From Tubulanus polymorphus (Eukaryota; Animalia; Nemertea), in contig NC_134028.1 of the NCBI RefSeq assembly GCF_964204645.1, positions 3,038,001 to 3,102,000 of the forward strand: DNA of 64,000 bases, in the 5' to 3' direction. The translations under genes were made by a program, and so were the position numbers. The notes below the pieces were generated by a model. That model made no database searches. It had not been told where the DNA came from and saw only the letters and a program-made list of their open reading frames with translations. Positions 26,119 to 38,100 of the stretch are shown here, one piece after another (positions within the stretch are counted from its first letter, which is position 1; each line of letters opens with the position of its first letter).

Positions 26119-29100
26119 ATAGAAAACAACAACAACTCGCGCTCCAGGAGCTATAGTTCTACAGTTGTGGATGACGATTCGCAACATGAGAGTCAAACGA
26201 TATATATATATGTGCGCATTGAATTTACTTTGTGTTTAGTGAATATTACATAGATCCTTGTTTCGATCTCAATGTGAATAACATCATTGTAATGAGTAAT
26301 AACATCTATGAATTATATCAACTACTTATTAATGTAACACTGGATGATGAGTTGAACTGACAGGTGGATTGGTCGGGGAGTGGGGTCTTCTTCATCAGTT
26401 TAACTCTCAAATATCTTGAATGAAAGTATACATCGTTAAATCAATGTCGGATATCGTTAAACAACTGTTTAATTGTTGAATTTGAAATTATTTGTGACTG
26501 ATGTTATCGTACGTAGCATGTAAATACAAGCCAGATCTCATTTCAATGATTCAATTCTACTCGGATTCTTACATTTCTCATATCTCTAAAACCTGGCTTA
26601 GAAATGACACTTCTCATTCCATCACGCAAACGCTGAACTTCATCATTACGCATCGTGTATATAAAAATCATTTGAATCGTCGCGCTGTGTATCGCACTCT
26701 ACCATGACAAAATATACGCAACGTTTACATCACCCATCAAAACTTACTTAAAAATGCATAAATCCCGGTGTTGACTTTATGCTTATATCGAGTAAGCACA
26801 TTAACTGCAGCTAGAGCTTCTGAAAAAAGATCAACTCGCAACTCTATTCACTCCACTTGATGGACATGCACAGAAATCGTTTTTGAAATGATTTCGGTGT
26901 GCGTTGATGTTTTCTACGTCGTAAGGAACAGTTCTTAGTAAAAAAACATTCACAAATACAGTGTATCTATAACACAGACTTTATTAACTTTCTATACATC
27001 ATGCTTACTGAACTTAACGGAATACCGGTGAATTTATATGAAAAAAAAAAGAAAAAATCCATCATTGCCATACTTACCCTATGCTTAGCCACAATCATTC
27101 CATTGTTTAATGACATTATGAAATATATATTAATATATGTGTGGTGTATATGCATATGAAATACTTGTGTTAACAACATGGGCTGATTTTAAGATGTTTT
27201 CATTTATAACTGCCTAACATCTCATATAATCTCTATCTAGATGATAGTGCATGTACGCACCTAAAATAACAATAATAACTTAACTGTGGTTATGGGATCA
27301 ATAATTGTTCATGTTCTTAAACGTAGCTAAAATGTTCAATTTTCTACCACCAGGCTTCATGTTGGTATATGAGGATGTACCACTGCACAGTTACCGTATG
27401 AACCTGAAGTGAATGTTTCCAAAAGTCTAGAGACACGAGAATGGAAAACGTATTGTAGTCAGCCAACCTGTTAAAATATCATGCCCTGTTTTTCTGCACA
27501 CTGTATTCATCCAACGTAAGAAACCAACTTTTGAGCAGTTGGCTCAAGAATGTTTGAAATTAACTGATTCCAAAAACTGACATAAATTCTAATTATAAGC
27601 TACACTTCCTTTAAACTCGACATCAACTCCAGAATGCTACCTACAGTAAATTCCTGTTGATTCTAGTGTTGTTCGATGCATCCTTGAATTGCTAATGATA
27701 AAAATGACATTGTATCACTGTATTTATGACATGTATATACCGCGTATCCTAAGAGATGAATATTCTTGTACAAAAGATATCAGTTCTAAAAAGAATCCGA
27801 ATACTGTAGTAAGATTTTGCTTCGGGCCTGCATTTGCTTCTCACTAGTCATTCAGATACATCATCTCAGATAATCACACCTGAATACATAGAAATAGCTT
27901 TGATACAATTCCATCTCGACTGAAACGAGTGCATTGATTCAAATAATCAGCTAAAATGAATCGAAATACTATGATGGGCATTAAATACAAAGGGTGTTGA
28001 CACATAAACTTCTTGAACAAGATCTGTGTTAGTTGCTGTTATAGTGTTGAAACTATCAAAGTTTGTTGATTAATTGCGACCGGTCTCATATCTGCCAATA
28101 AGAGCTTGGTTTATTTATGATTTTAATTACTGTGCTGATTAAATCATAATTTTGAATCGTGAAATTGACCCCATGGTTTGTACTAAATTGGTGACTTATT
28201 GGTCTAGTATTTGCCATTGGGAATTATTGAAATTGTAGTTCTCAAAGAGGGGGACCTCATTTTGTAACTGCTGGCGTTCTTGATATGGGTATAAATGTCA
28301 TTGAGTTTATTCTGAGCTCTCTGATTATAGTACATCTGCAGGGTTTAGCAGGGTTGTTCCAGTTATTAGTTCTTTTCACGGTATAGAAATAAAACTATGT
28401 GAAAAACAGAAAAAACCTGACCAAGCTATGTGGGTGTATTGGAAGGTGTTCGTATCGTGAAAAAATCCCAAGTTATCGAACAAATGGGAGCATTTATGTT
28501 ATCGGCATATTTTTGTTCTTGATTAAATCGAAAATGTAAAACATGTAAATGTGCTGCTAGTTCGAATATGTGCTTTATAGAATTTTTATGTTGTACTGTA
28601 TCTTATAATATATATTATGTATATGTGTATTTTTTCTCCTATGTAGAATACGAATGCGAATGCGAATGTTCAGAACTGAAGCCGTTTAGCTTCAAAACAT
28701 ATTTGTGGACCATCACTATTTACAACAACAACAAAAATTATTTAAAAGCTTTTAGCATGATTTAAGGCATTGAATCGAAGAAGCACGAAAATGTATTATG
28801 TGAATTGTTTATTTTGAGAACATATTAAATGGTACGGTATATATATATATATTCTTTGGTTATCTACGTAGTTCTTAAATGTAATAATTCTTGAATTAAT
28901 TATCAGATTTTATTCATTGATGAAGAATGTTTTATATAGTATCTTATGTAGTCTATTTTAACGTAATATCGATTGATTTTCCGGTTTTTGTTTTTTTAGT
29001 TTAAAAAAAATGATAGAGTTTTTTTGTTTTCCTCTTAATTTCTTATGAATTCATCTGCTTCAGCTTCAGGCCAGTGTCGTTCTAAACAGATGAACGAATG

Positions 29101-29501
29101 GAAACAAACGAGGCTTAGAATGATAAACAAGTTATTGTTAATTTTTCTGAAATAATTTAATAGATTTTTGAATGCGGCTGATCGTTTCCAATGAAATTCA
29201 TATTCTCTATGCTAAGTTTGAGTCACTGTCGAATAAGGTATAATTTCAGAGAAAACCCTTCATCGTGTAATTTTTTAGTGATAGCTTTAATAAATCATGT
29301 CTGCTTTTATTTCTAAATGGACTGGGCGGTAAAATGATATAATGGACAAGTTTTTTCTGATCCGAAAAATGTGATAGGGCTATTGAAATATATAATGCAT
29401 GTTCTGTAATTATTGTAGGCTATGCATACAAGCTTCTTATGCGGGGAGCAAATATGGCCGAGAAAAGTGTAATTTTGTCGAAGAACAAAGGTTATCAGAT
29501 T

Positions 29502-29596
29502 CATCCTCCCTCAGCAGGAATTCGAACCTGGTGGCTAGACTTGGCCAAGCAGCCGTCTCGATGCCATCAGGTTTGAATCTCTGCTGGGGGAGGGTG
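29502..29596 (+). other. Long RNA hairpin / inverted repeat of two tRNA-like T-arm (B-box) halves, in the putative 3' UTR of the BAH gene
   Basis: Arms 29505-29535 and 29563-29593 pair at 30/31 positions on the + strand when G-U is allowed. An inner stem AGAC..GGC/GCC..GTCT follows. Confidence 0.75.
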
Positions 29597-31587
29597 TCAG
29601 TGGTTGTGGAAGTAAGAACAACAAGGAATTGGATGATAACTAGGTTATCATCAAAGAATTTTTTTGCGTAAAGCAAATTAACCGGTTCTTACTTTCTGTC
29701 CATAATAGATACCAGTATTCTGATTTCCCGATTCTGAAAGTAATTCTGATGAAATTGGACGAGGAAAGTTTATGAAATCTCGCACTCTGTCTCCCATGAT
29801 TAAAGGTTTTAGAATTTGAAAGGCTGTGGAATGACACTTTAAATACGGGTTTCACCGAGTTTCTGCTGTGATAAAACACTGCTTTTTGTAAATTTAATCA
29901 TTTTCAATTTTGACAGACGTTAGAAATTTGCATGAAATTGAAATGAAATTGAGAATGAGAAATGACGTTGTTTTTGCACGCAAGTTGAAAAGCGCCCCCT
30001 GAAGGTGCTATGGATATAATAGGCTCAGGTTTTGATGTTGTCATTGTCAATGATTCTATTTTGGCTCGTATTCTTGTTTTAATGAATCACTGACTACGAA
30101 CAAATATTCATTCAAAATGCCACGGCTTCGGATCTGACCACTGTGTTGAATTTATTCACTGCGAGAAGAATTGCGGGAAATGTTAAAACAATGATTTATT
30201 TGTATCGGGGGCATCTTCAGGATTAGCAAAACGCTTTCAAGAAGGAAGGATTTATATTTTTCTACGAGGAAGATTAAAGCAGGGTTTAGTGCTTGGGATA
30301 TCGATTGATATTATGAATAATGTAGGTGGCCTTAAGTCGTGCTTGTGCTGATGCCACCACTTTTTGTAACATATACTTGTATCAATACGGTGTGCTTATT
30401 ATTTGCATTTATTTAGAAATTAATTTCGGACGAAATGTTTAAAACGATTTGCTTTATCTTAAACTTCATTTAACCGTCACAATTCTATAAGAAGAAAGCT
30501 AAGCTGTTATATTCTGGCTAAAAAGTAAATGATATTTTTTTCATGTATGATATTGCTTGAGATGCGATGCTGATATTTCATGTGCACATTTTATTTTCTG
30601 TTTGTTAACTGTATTTGAAGTAGCTTTTCTTGCTATTCTATAGCGAACAAATCTTATCGAGAAGTTTTAGGTGTAAAAATTTCTGTGGTGCACTGATTAC
30701 GATATGAAACCTTTCGGGGTGAATTAACTGCTTATGAGGTTTCTTCATCGTGATTAATCATCAAAATTCAATCCCGTTAAAAGGCTACAGTTTTACTTCA
30801 AAGAAATATTACTCCCATTCGGCAAACATCCTCCATGTAGTAATATGATTACAAATATTTTGGGTTTTTTCAGTTCATATGGTAAAGTTTCATTACCAGA
30901 TAGTTTTTCTTTGATACGGCATTATTTCAAAGTCTGAAACGTTTTGAGGACAACACGTTTGGTTTAAACAGTACTATCCCCTGGTAGAAGCAGGGTCTAT
31001 TTTTCAATCTATCTAAGTAAGGACCTTTCTGGTTTCTCATAGTCATTATTTTCAGTGAATATACATGTATATGGTACAGTGTGGTACTAGTTTGTGTAAA
31101 ATTTTATCATTCAAAAAAGAGATACTATTATTCAGTGTATAACCGAAATGCAAATATATTATATATACATACATATATAAAAAAGAAATTGTATGAATAA
31201 AATGTGGAATATTTTCATTTTTGCTGTTTGTCGTGTTCTATTATTTTGTGCTTCATGTCCTGTTCAATCGTGACTTAAAGTTTGTAATCAACCTATTACT
31301 ATTTGTATTTGATTAGAGCCACCGCCTACATTTCATGATCTTACTTATGATATCATGTAAATACCAGTAATGCCCAAGAACAAGAAATGCGCGCTTCGAT
31401 GAGTCCGAAACAATAGGTCGTCAAACGTTACCGAACTGGCCCAAATTCACGAACCCGCCTAGACACAAGTTCGAGGATTTTGCAAAGACATATAAATGTG
31501 ACGAAAGGCAAAACCATATTGGCGGAGGTGTCATTAGTTCCACAATCTCGGATACAATACCAGTTGGTCGAATAAGTTCGGGGCAAG

Positions 31588-33045
31588 ATGGTGAGTGGTG
31601 TCCCTTTGATGGACGCGGATGATAGCGGTCGGAAGATCTATACGGAAGCTGCTAAGTCTTACCGATCGTGCGGAGTCGAACAACTAGAGATAAGCGAGGA
31701 AGACGAACAACATCGAAAACAGAACAAACGCGCCCGATTCCGAAATACGACTTTGGTAACAATTGTATCGTTTTTGGTATATTTGAGCGATTCGTTATCG
31801 AAAGCAGGCGTTATTCCGATCATTCCTTTAATCGTAGCGAACTTTTATGGGTACGATTTCGGTTTCGCAAATGCGAAGACGAAACTCGTTGATGATGATT
31901 TCGTTCGGAATGGGAGTATTCTGTCGAATTCAAGCATCGCTGATGAGAATGAGCTACGCGATGAAGTCAGACGACAGTCCGTGCTTGTGGTTCTACTTCA
32001 ACCAACTTCGGAAATATTATTCGGATTTTTAGTTGGTTTTGTAATCGATGTTTTCGGAGCAAAAATTCCGTTGATTATCGGTACGTTCGCATCGTTAGGT
32101 TCAGCAGTCGTATGCGCGTTTGCTCCGTCGATCTGGGTGTTCGCTGCAGCTCGTCTGATATCTGGAATATCTGGCGTATTTACTTTGATCGCTTGTCTGG
32201 TTTTACTGACTCTGGTAAATCCGGATGAAAACGACCGCACCAGCGCGATCAGCATAGCTTATTTTGGTCAGGTGCTAGGGACGCTTTTCACGCCAGTTTT
32301 CTTCATTATGAGTGAATACATCGGCGACCAGTCCTGTTTCTTCCCGATAATCGGCGTTTGTTGCGTAACTGGATTTATTTGTTTTTTCGTCGACACGAAT
32401 TCTGAAAGTTTCGAAACGTTTACGGATCTGAAAATCAAACGTGGCGAATGTTGCCAGGTCGTTAAACACGTTTTCTTCGATCGGTATTTGACGTTATTGA
32501 TGTTGCTGGCGTTTATGTGTTCATTCGTGAAATTGATGCGACAACCGTTATTAACCGAATGGGAATTGACCGTAATACACGCTAAACTCTGGCAAATAGC
32601 CATCGTTTCTCTATCGGACGCTCTCGTGACCATTTCATTTCTGCTCGTCCTAAAAAACTACATATTCTCGAAAATCAAAAAGTCGCTCATAATATCGTTC
32701 GGATTCTTTGCGCTCGCCTTTTCCAATATTCTCTACCCGTCTCTCAGAACGATCTGGATGTACATGATACCGGAGATCATTTTTCGTATCGGTATGCTGG
32801 CTGTTTGGTTAAGTTTACCGGTAGTTTGTAGTTTGATCGCGACTAATTCGCGCTATGCCGGGGTGAAGGGGAGACTGTTTTCAGTTTTACAAACCTTCCT
32901 AAGCGCTGGATCATTATGTTCGGCCATAGTCACATCATCAACAATAAATTATGTAGGATTTTCAATTATTACTTACATCGCTGCCACGATTTCAGCCGTT
33001 TGTGCATTACCAGCGCTATTTATCATTAAATTGGAAAAGAGTTAA
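31588..33045 (+). CDS. Intronless MFS transporter, divergent SLC18 (VMAT/VAChT)-like, 485 aa
   Basis: About 12 hydrophobic segments. LSDSLSKAGVIPIIP resembles SLC18 TM1 (LLDNML..V.VPIIP), followed by a luminal loop with NGS/NSS sequons. MFS motif A-like GFVIDVFGAK. DENDRTSAISIA resembles SLC18 DDEERG.AMGIA. Confidence 0.8.
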   Translation: MVSGVPLMDADDSGRKIYTEAAKSYRSCGVEQLEISEEDEQHRKQNKRARFRNTTLVTIVSFLVYLSDSLSKAGVIPIIPLIVANFYGYDFGFANAKTKLVDDDFVRNGSILSNSSIADENELRDEVRRQSVLVVLLQPTSEILFGFLVGFVIDVFGAKIPLIIGTFASLGSAVVCAFAPSIWVFAAARLISGISGVFTLIACLVLLTLVNPDENDRTSAISIAYFGQVLGTLFTPVFFIMSEYIGDQSCFFPIIGVCCVTGFICFFVDTNSESFETFTDLKIKRGECCQVVKHVFFDRYLTLLMLLAFMCSFVKLMRQPLLTEWELTVIHAKLWQIAIVSLSDALVTISFLLVLKNYIFSKIKKSLIISFGFFALAFSNILYPSLRTIWMYMIPEIIFRIGMLAVWLSLPVVCSLIATNSRYAGVKGRLFSVLQTFLSAGSLCSAIVTSSTINYVGFSIITYIAATISAVCALPALFIIKLEKS

Positions 33046-33091
33046 GAATAGTATTTCATGATGAAATAGAACGCTCACCTGACTGCACACC

Positions 33092-33106
33092 GCGCCCCCT
33101 AGTGGC
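33092..33106. promoter_or_regulatory. Candidate CTCF binding site
   Basis: GCGCCCCCTAGTGGC is a near-perfect match to the CTCF core (reverse complement of CCACTAGGGGGCGC), set in an AT-rich background. Confidence 0.55.
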
Positions 33107-33285
33107 TGGCCACAGTCGGTCAAGTTGTAAACATATACAATGATAAGGACGTTAACGTTAAAGACTCTGTGTTCAAAAGTTTTTTTGTAAGGCTAACAAA
33201 CAATAGGCCTACTTGTTTTCTGCTGAGGTCAAAGGTTCGCCCGGTCGGTCCCAACATTACTTTTTTCTAAAATCATGATCAGGGG

Positions 33286-33382
33286 TCAGTTTATAGACTG
33301 GTATCAACTTTAACCCGGGGCTAACTCAATTCATTTTCAAGAGAGTTAACCCTGGCTATGTCGATACCAGTCTATGAAACTG
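33286..33382. mobile_element. Palindromic MITE
   Basis: CAGTTTATAGACTGGTATC ... GATACCAGTCTATGAAACTG inverted repeat with inner TTAACCC motifs. Confidence 0.6.
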
Positions 33383-34078
33383 GATTATTGCAGTTTACAA
33401 AAGTGACACGACCGCTGCGGAGAAACGAGGTATCATTTTTTAGCCTAACAGAATAACGATATATAATATATGTACCCCAATGTATCTCTATACGAAATTT
33501 GGCGGAATATACTTTTGCCACCGAAAACGACTGTCAAACATCATTCAATAAATAAACTGGAATATCGGGAAATGTTTTTAACTAGTTCAATGACGTTGGA
33601 CAAAAAGTAACGTTGCTGGTGCCTTTTAAATGGGTTTTAGTAATTTGTTTTTTGTTGTGATCGAACACGATGAAATCAAAAAGGAGTCAGCTGTACCAGA
33701 ATGCATTCTTCTGCATCTCGGGAAAGTTTTAAGTGTCAGATTGTCTTTTGATGATAACTTGAGTTCATAGCTTATAGAAGATTGTCTTGATAAGTTGATG
33801 ATCTAACATAATAATCAAACCATTTGAATTTCGCGGGGTAAGTTACAAGAGCAGAGGCTTTCCACCAAGTAGACTGGTTGCCTGTCCAATTTTGCATTCG
33901 CAGATGAACACCAGCAACCAGTCTATTCGCCAACCACCAAACTCGTCGCAGGAAGCTGGAGGCAGCACTGTACGGTCCCCAAGCGGCATTTCTGTGAACT
34001 AATGTAATACTGCGGGCTAGTGTCGGTAACCAGTCTAGATTTGCTGCTGAGAACTGAGGCAGGCGAGTTATTTACAAA

Positions 34079-34946
34079 ATGGCGTCGAGCGCAGCCTCTG
34101 CTTTGAGGCAGGGAGTAAAGCAAGTTAAACCCATACTTTCCACGAATAAAGAAGATGCTAGACGTCGGGTTTTAAATCTGTATAAAGCTTGGTATCGACA
34201 GATTCCATATGTCGGTATGTATTTTGCGAACTGTCCATCGAGAGTAAAGCTATGCCTTGCTGATCAACTGTCAATTCAAATTAATTTTATTTTTATTTCG
34301 TTCGGGAGTGGACAGGTCAAATGCTGTGAATCAATGGTTGCCATTCTACTATAAGAGAATATGTCGCTATATTTTCAGTAATGGAATATGACGTACCAAT
34401 TACTGTTCAAATGGGTCGCGATAAAATCAGAGCAGAATTTGAAAAGAATCGCCATGTCACTGATATGCGAAATATAGACCTATTGGTAATCAAGGTAAGG
34501 GAGAAAAATGACAGTTTACAATTTTGAAAGTCTTAGCGAAAATTGAGTAGACCCACAGCCAGTTGAACATGAGCATTTTCAAGCGCCTTAAATTCAAAAG
34601 GGGCTGGTTCATACTAATCAGGCTAACTGCGGGCCGGGTTTTGTACTGCGGCAGTCTTGTGATACCATAAGGTTGGATTCATTGCTGAGAGGGACTGTGT
34701 AGGCCCTTTTCATAGCCTAGCCCCTTAGTTAAACAGGATGATCGAGTACTCAGTCGCAGTCTGTATCTAGTTGTTACATATTTTTAATTGAACGTTTGAT
34801 CCTTTCCAATTCAGGGACAAATGGATCTTGTCGAAACGAAAGAAATCTGGAAGCAGAAACACCACATCATGACTTTCTTCAAGGAGTCGCAGAAACCCAG
34901 GCCTTCCGATTTCCTATCGAAATTTTATGACGGACATGAAAATTAG
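34079..34946 (+). CDS. NDUFA6: NADH dehydrogenase (ubiquinone) 1 alpha subcomplex subunit 6 (LYR protein)
   Basis: Exons 34079-34214, 34379-34494 and 34815-34946 give [31 protein letters not shown]...[54 protein letters not shown]. Confidence 0.97.
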
Positions 34947-35175
34947 CGGCAGAATAGAATTATTAGAACTTTTTCAGTAAAAATTCTGTAAATACTTTAT
35001 CTTAGATCGAATTCAAGCTCTATAAATGCATTGTCGAAAGTCCCTGAGTAGCGTAGTACATGGAACATCATAAATCTCAATCGATTTAGAAAATATCAAA
35101 AGTTATTTATTTGAACCACAATGAGAATTGACTAGGACATTATTGTTGTAATTGAGAAACGTATTGAAAGCTATG

Positions 35176-38100
35176 TCATCGTGCTTCTGTCATCATCTGC
35201 GAGGCTTTCGTAAATTCCTGAAATGAAACATTATTTATAGAGATAACAGCGTGCTGTAGTGAAATGTTGTGTGAATAAAATAATTGTTATTATTAAATGA
35301 TATCTTGAATTAGAGGCATTTAATTCTTTTAAGAATCCGGTTTTTGAAGACCAAGATTTGTGGTTACGTGAGGATGATCCGGTTAATTTACCTCTTTAAG
35401 TGCGCTTTCTAAGAGACAAAGTGCTTGAATAGCTAACTTCTTGCTCTCCGTATCTGGATCTTTCTCGATGACGTATTCCATCCACGCTTTGACCTCGGTG
35501 ATTTCCGCTTGTAGTTCGGACATGAACAAAAATCCCGGTAGCGACAAAATGACCATCGACGTAGCAAACAAAGCACCACGTCTGACAAAACTGAAATGAT
35601 AAACAAGTATTTGATACTTCTCATACGACACCTGCGGTCAGTACAGGGTCCCTACAACTCCTTGAAAACTCCTTGATTTTTGAATATATTTTTCAAGGTC
35701 CTTGAAAATCCTTTAATTTTGAGAAATATCCATACACTCCTTAAATTCTGGGAAAGTCCTATTAAAAATTTTCAAAAGGTCCTTTTCAGAAGACAGTATA
35801 TTCTATTATTCTTCATTGTGTGACTTGTGAGTGAAAGTTGTTTCACTTTGAGATTTAAAACATTTAAACATGTAAAACCAAAACGGCACACACAACAACT
35901 GATCAAAATTTGAGAAAAACATGGATTTTGTTTTTGAATTTTCGACTTTTTTTCCATTTATATGAACGCGAAAACCTCCTTGAATTTTGAAAATTACTCC
36001 TTGAAAATTCCTTGAAAAGTTCTTGAATTCTGGATACCAGGAATTGTAGGAACCTTGCAGTAATGATATGAAATGAGTTTATGGTACCAGTACATACCAG
36101 TCCGAATGAAATCTGATGACCCATATAAAATGTAACAACGTTGAAGCCATTTTCATCGCAACCTGAAATGTAAATACATGTAGAATGTGGTGATTATCAC
36201 TTTACGTAGAGTGGAATCTGGTTATAACAAAAACGTGATATTAGAATTTAGTCTAAGTATCACAGTTTAGTTAGTTTCATACTGGTATTACAAACTAATT
36301 GGTCTTCACAAACAGATATTCAGAGACAGTTGGTGGAAGATAACAACTGGTGGGTAAACTAGTAACTATGAACTTTAAATTGTCACTTAGTGCAACTATC
36401 CACTCAAACTGACTTTCAAACAACTGGCCCCTGGTCTCCAGGTCGTTACAAGGTTCCAATCATCAATCTATATTGAATTTACAGTGACTTACGGGACAAT
36501 GTAAAGCTGCATACATAATAACGCCCAGTGTATAGAGTAACCGACTCAAAACCAATGAATCTTCACCAAGCAATCTCAATGTGTTCTCTTGTCTGAAATA
36601 CAGGGTTAAACTGAATACACATCCAAAACTCATCAGCTCCACAGTTGTGGATTAATATCCACTTATTTTCACGGATCCACTCATTTCAAATACCTGTCAA
36701 AATGCAACATTAACGGGAAGAAGAAATTCCCAGCGACTGAAGCAAACTTGTTCTTCACCAGTTCTACATCAGGTTTAACCCTCCCTTTGCCGAACCGTCG
36801 AGTTTTGCTTTCAATACGTTTCTGCACGACATCCCTCCACGATTCCTCTTCATCTCGCGATGATTTTGTGATGACTTTAATAAGTGGAGCATTACATGTA
36901 CCAGCAGTGTCATTCAATGTCGAAGGTTTTGATAATTCCTTTGCTGAAGCCGCCAAGACCTACATCAAATATTCAAATAGTGTATTGTCTAAGAATTTCA
37001 AATATAAAGTCTTGTTTTAAGGTAAACTGTACCTCCAGAATGTCCAACCGCTGCTTGATATTATAGTTCCTTTCATAGAATTCATGTGTTAGGTAATTCG
37101 CTGCCTAAAGATTGAAGTTTCTTTCATGAAAAACATGTCCATCGAAAAAAGGTGCACACATACAGTTTACAACATCGTTACCTTGACTGGACATGTCACC
37201 GTTAACGCGACCAATGCATTCCTTCGTAACGATGAGAATTCGGTAGTGTTGAAATTATCGTTTAAATGCAACAAAATCTTTGCGAATTCTTCAGCGATCT
37301 GAAAACACAGACACAATAATTATTTCTAAAATCATTGTATAGTAAAATCATCTGAACCAAATTTGTATACCTCGTCTATATTCGTGTTGGCGTTTCTAAT
37401 GAGATCTTCAGCAGAACTTAAGCATAACTCCACACGGTCTGGGTCATCAGTACTCAGAAATCCTGTCAAAATCAGAATGAATCAGTTAGTAACAAATTCA
37501 CAAATGCAGCGATAAATATATGTGGGTTTTTGTGCTTGTTACCTTCCATGCAGTCTCGAATGTAATAAGGCTTTTTCACTTTTGAAACTGGTACATCGTG
37601 GGACATGTCATAAGGCTGAAGATCATCATCACTGCAACAGAATTATATTCAACTCCTTCACTCTAGGAGAATCATAGTATACACAAGTGTATAAATGAAT
37701 AAATCTGGAACGAATAATAACACACCTGTCTAAATCAGATTCTTCATTTTCGGAACAAGTGAAACCTTGTTTCTTGTTTTCGTCACTTGTTTCTTGTTTG
37801 CCAACTTTATGCAAGTCTTTGTCTTCTATGGTCATATCATGAAGATCCCTGTTAGCAATGAATCAGCTGAGTACCGGTATATTCAACAAAACCTTTAACA
37901 CGTAGCGGGTGTAGCATATTTGGTGTAATGATTGATACCTTCGTAGTTGAACACAGTCTGGACGCGTTGGTTTGACGAGTAATTTCACTAATTCATCAAT
38001 TTCAGCAGTTTTTTCTACCTGAAATAAAATTATAATAACTTTATTTTGCCTCGAATTACATCACGATTATATATACAAAATTATGTAAAAGAATACAAGG

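Noticed and set aside
31588-33045. Calling the transporter VAChT/SLC18A3 or a bacterial horizontal transfer
   Set aside because: Too divergent from VAChT, with no ChAT exons nearby. Codon style and a glycosylated loop resemble host exons, so lacking introns does not imply HGT.
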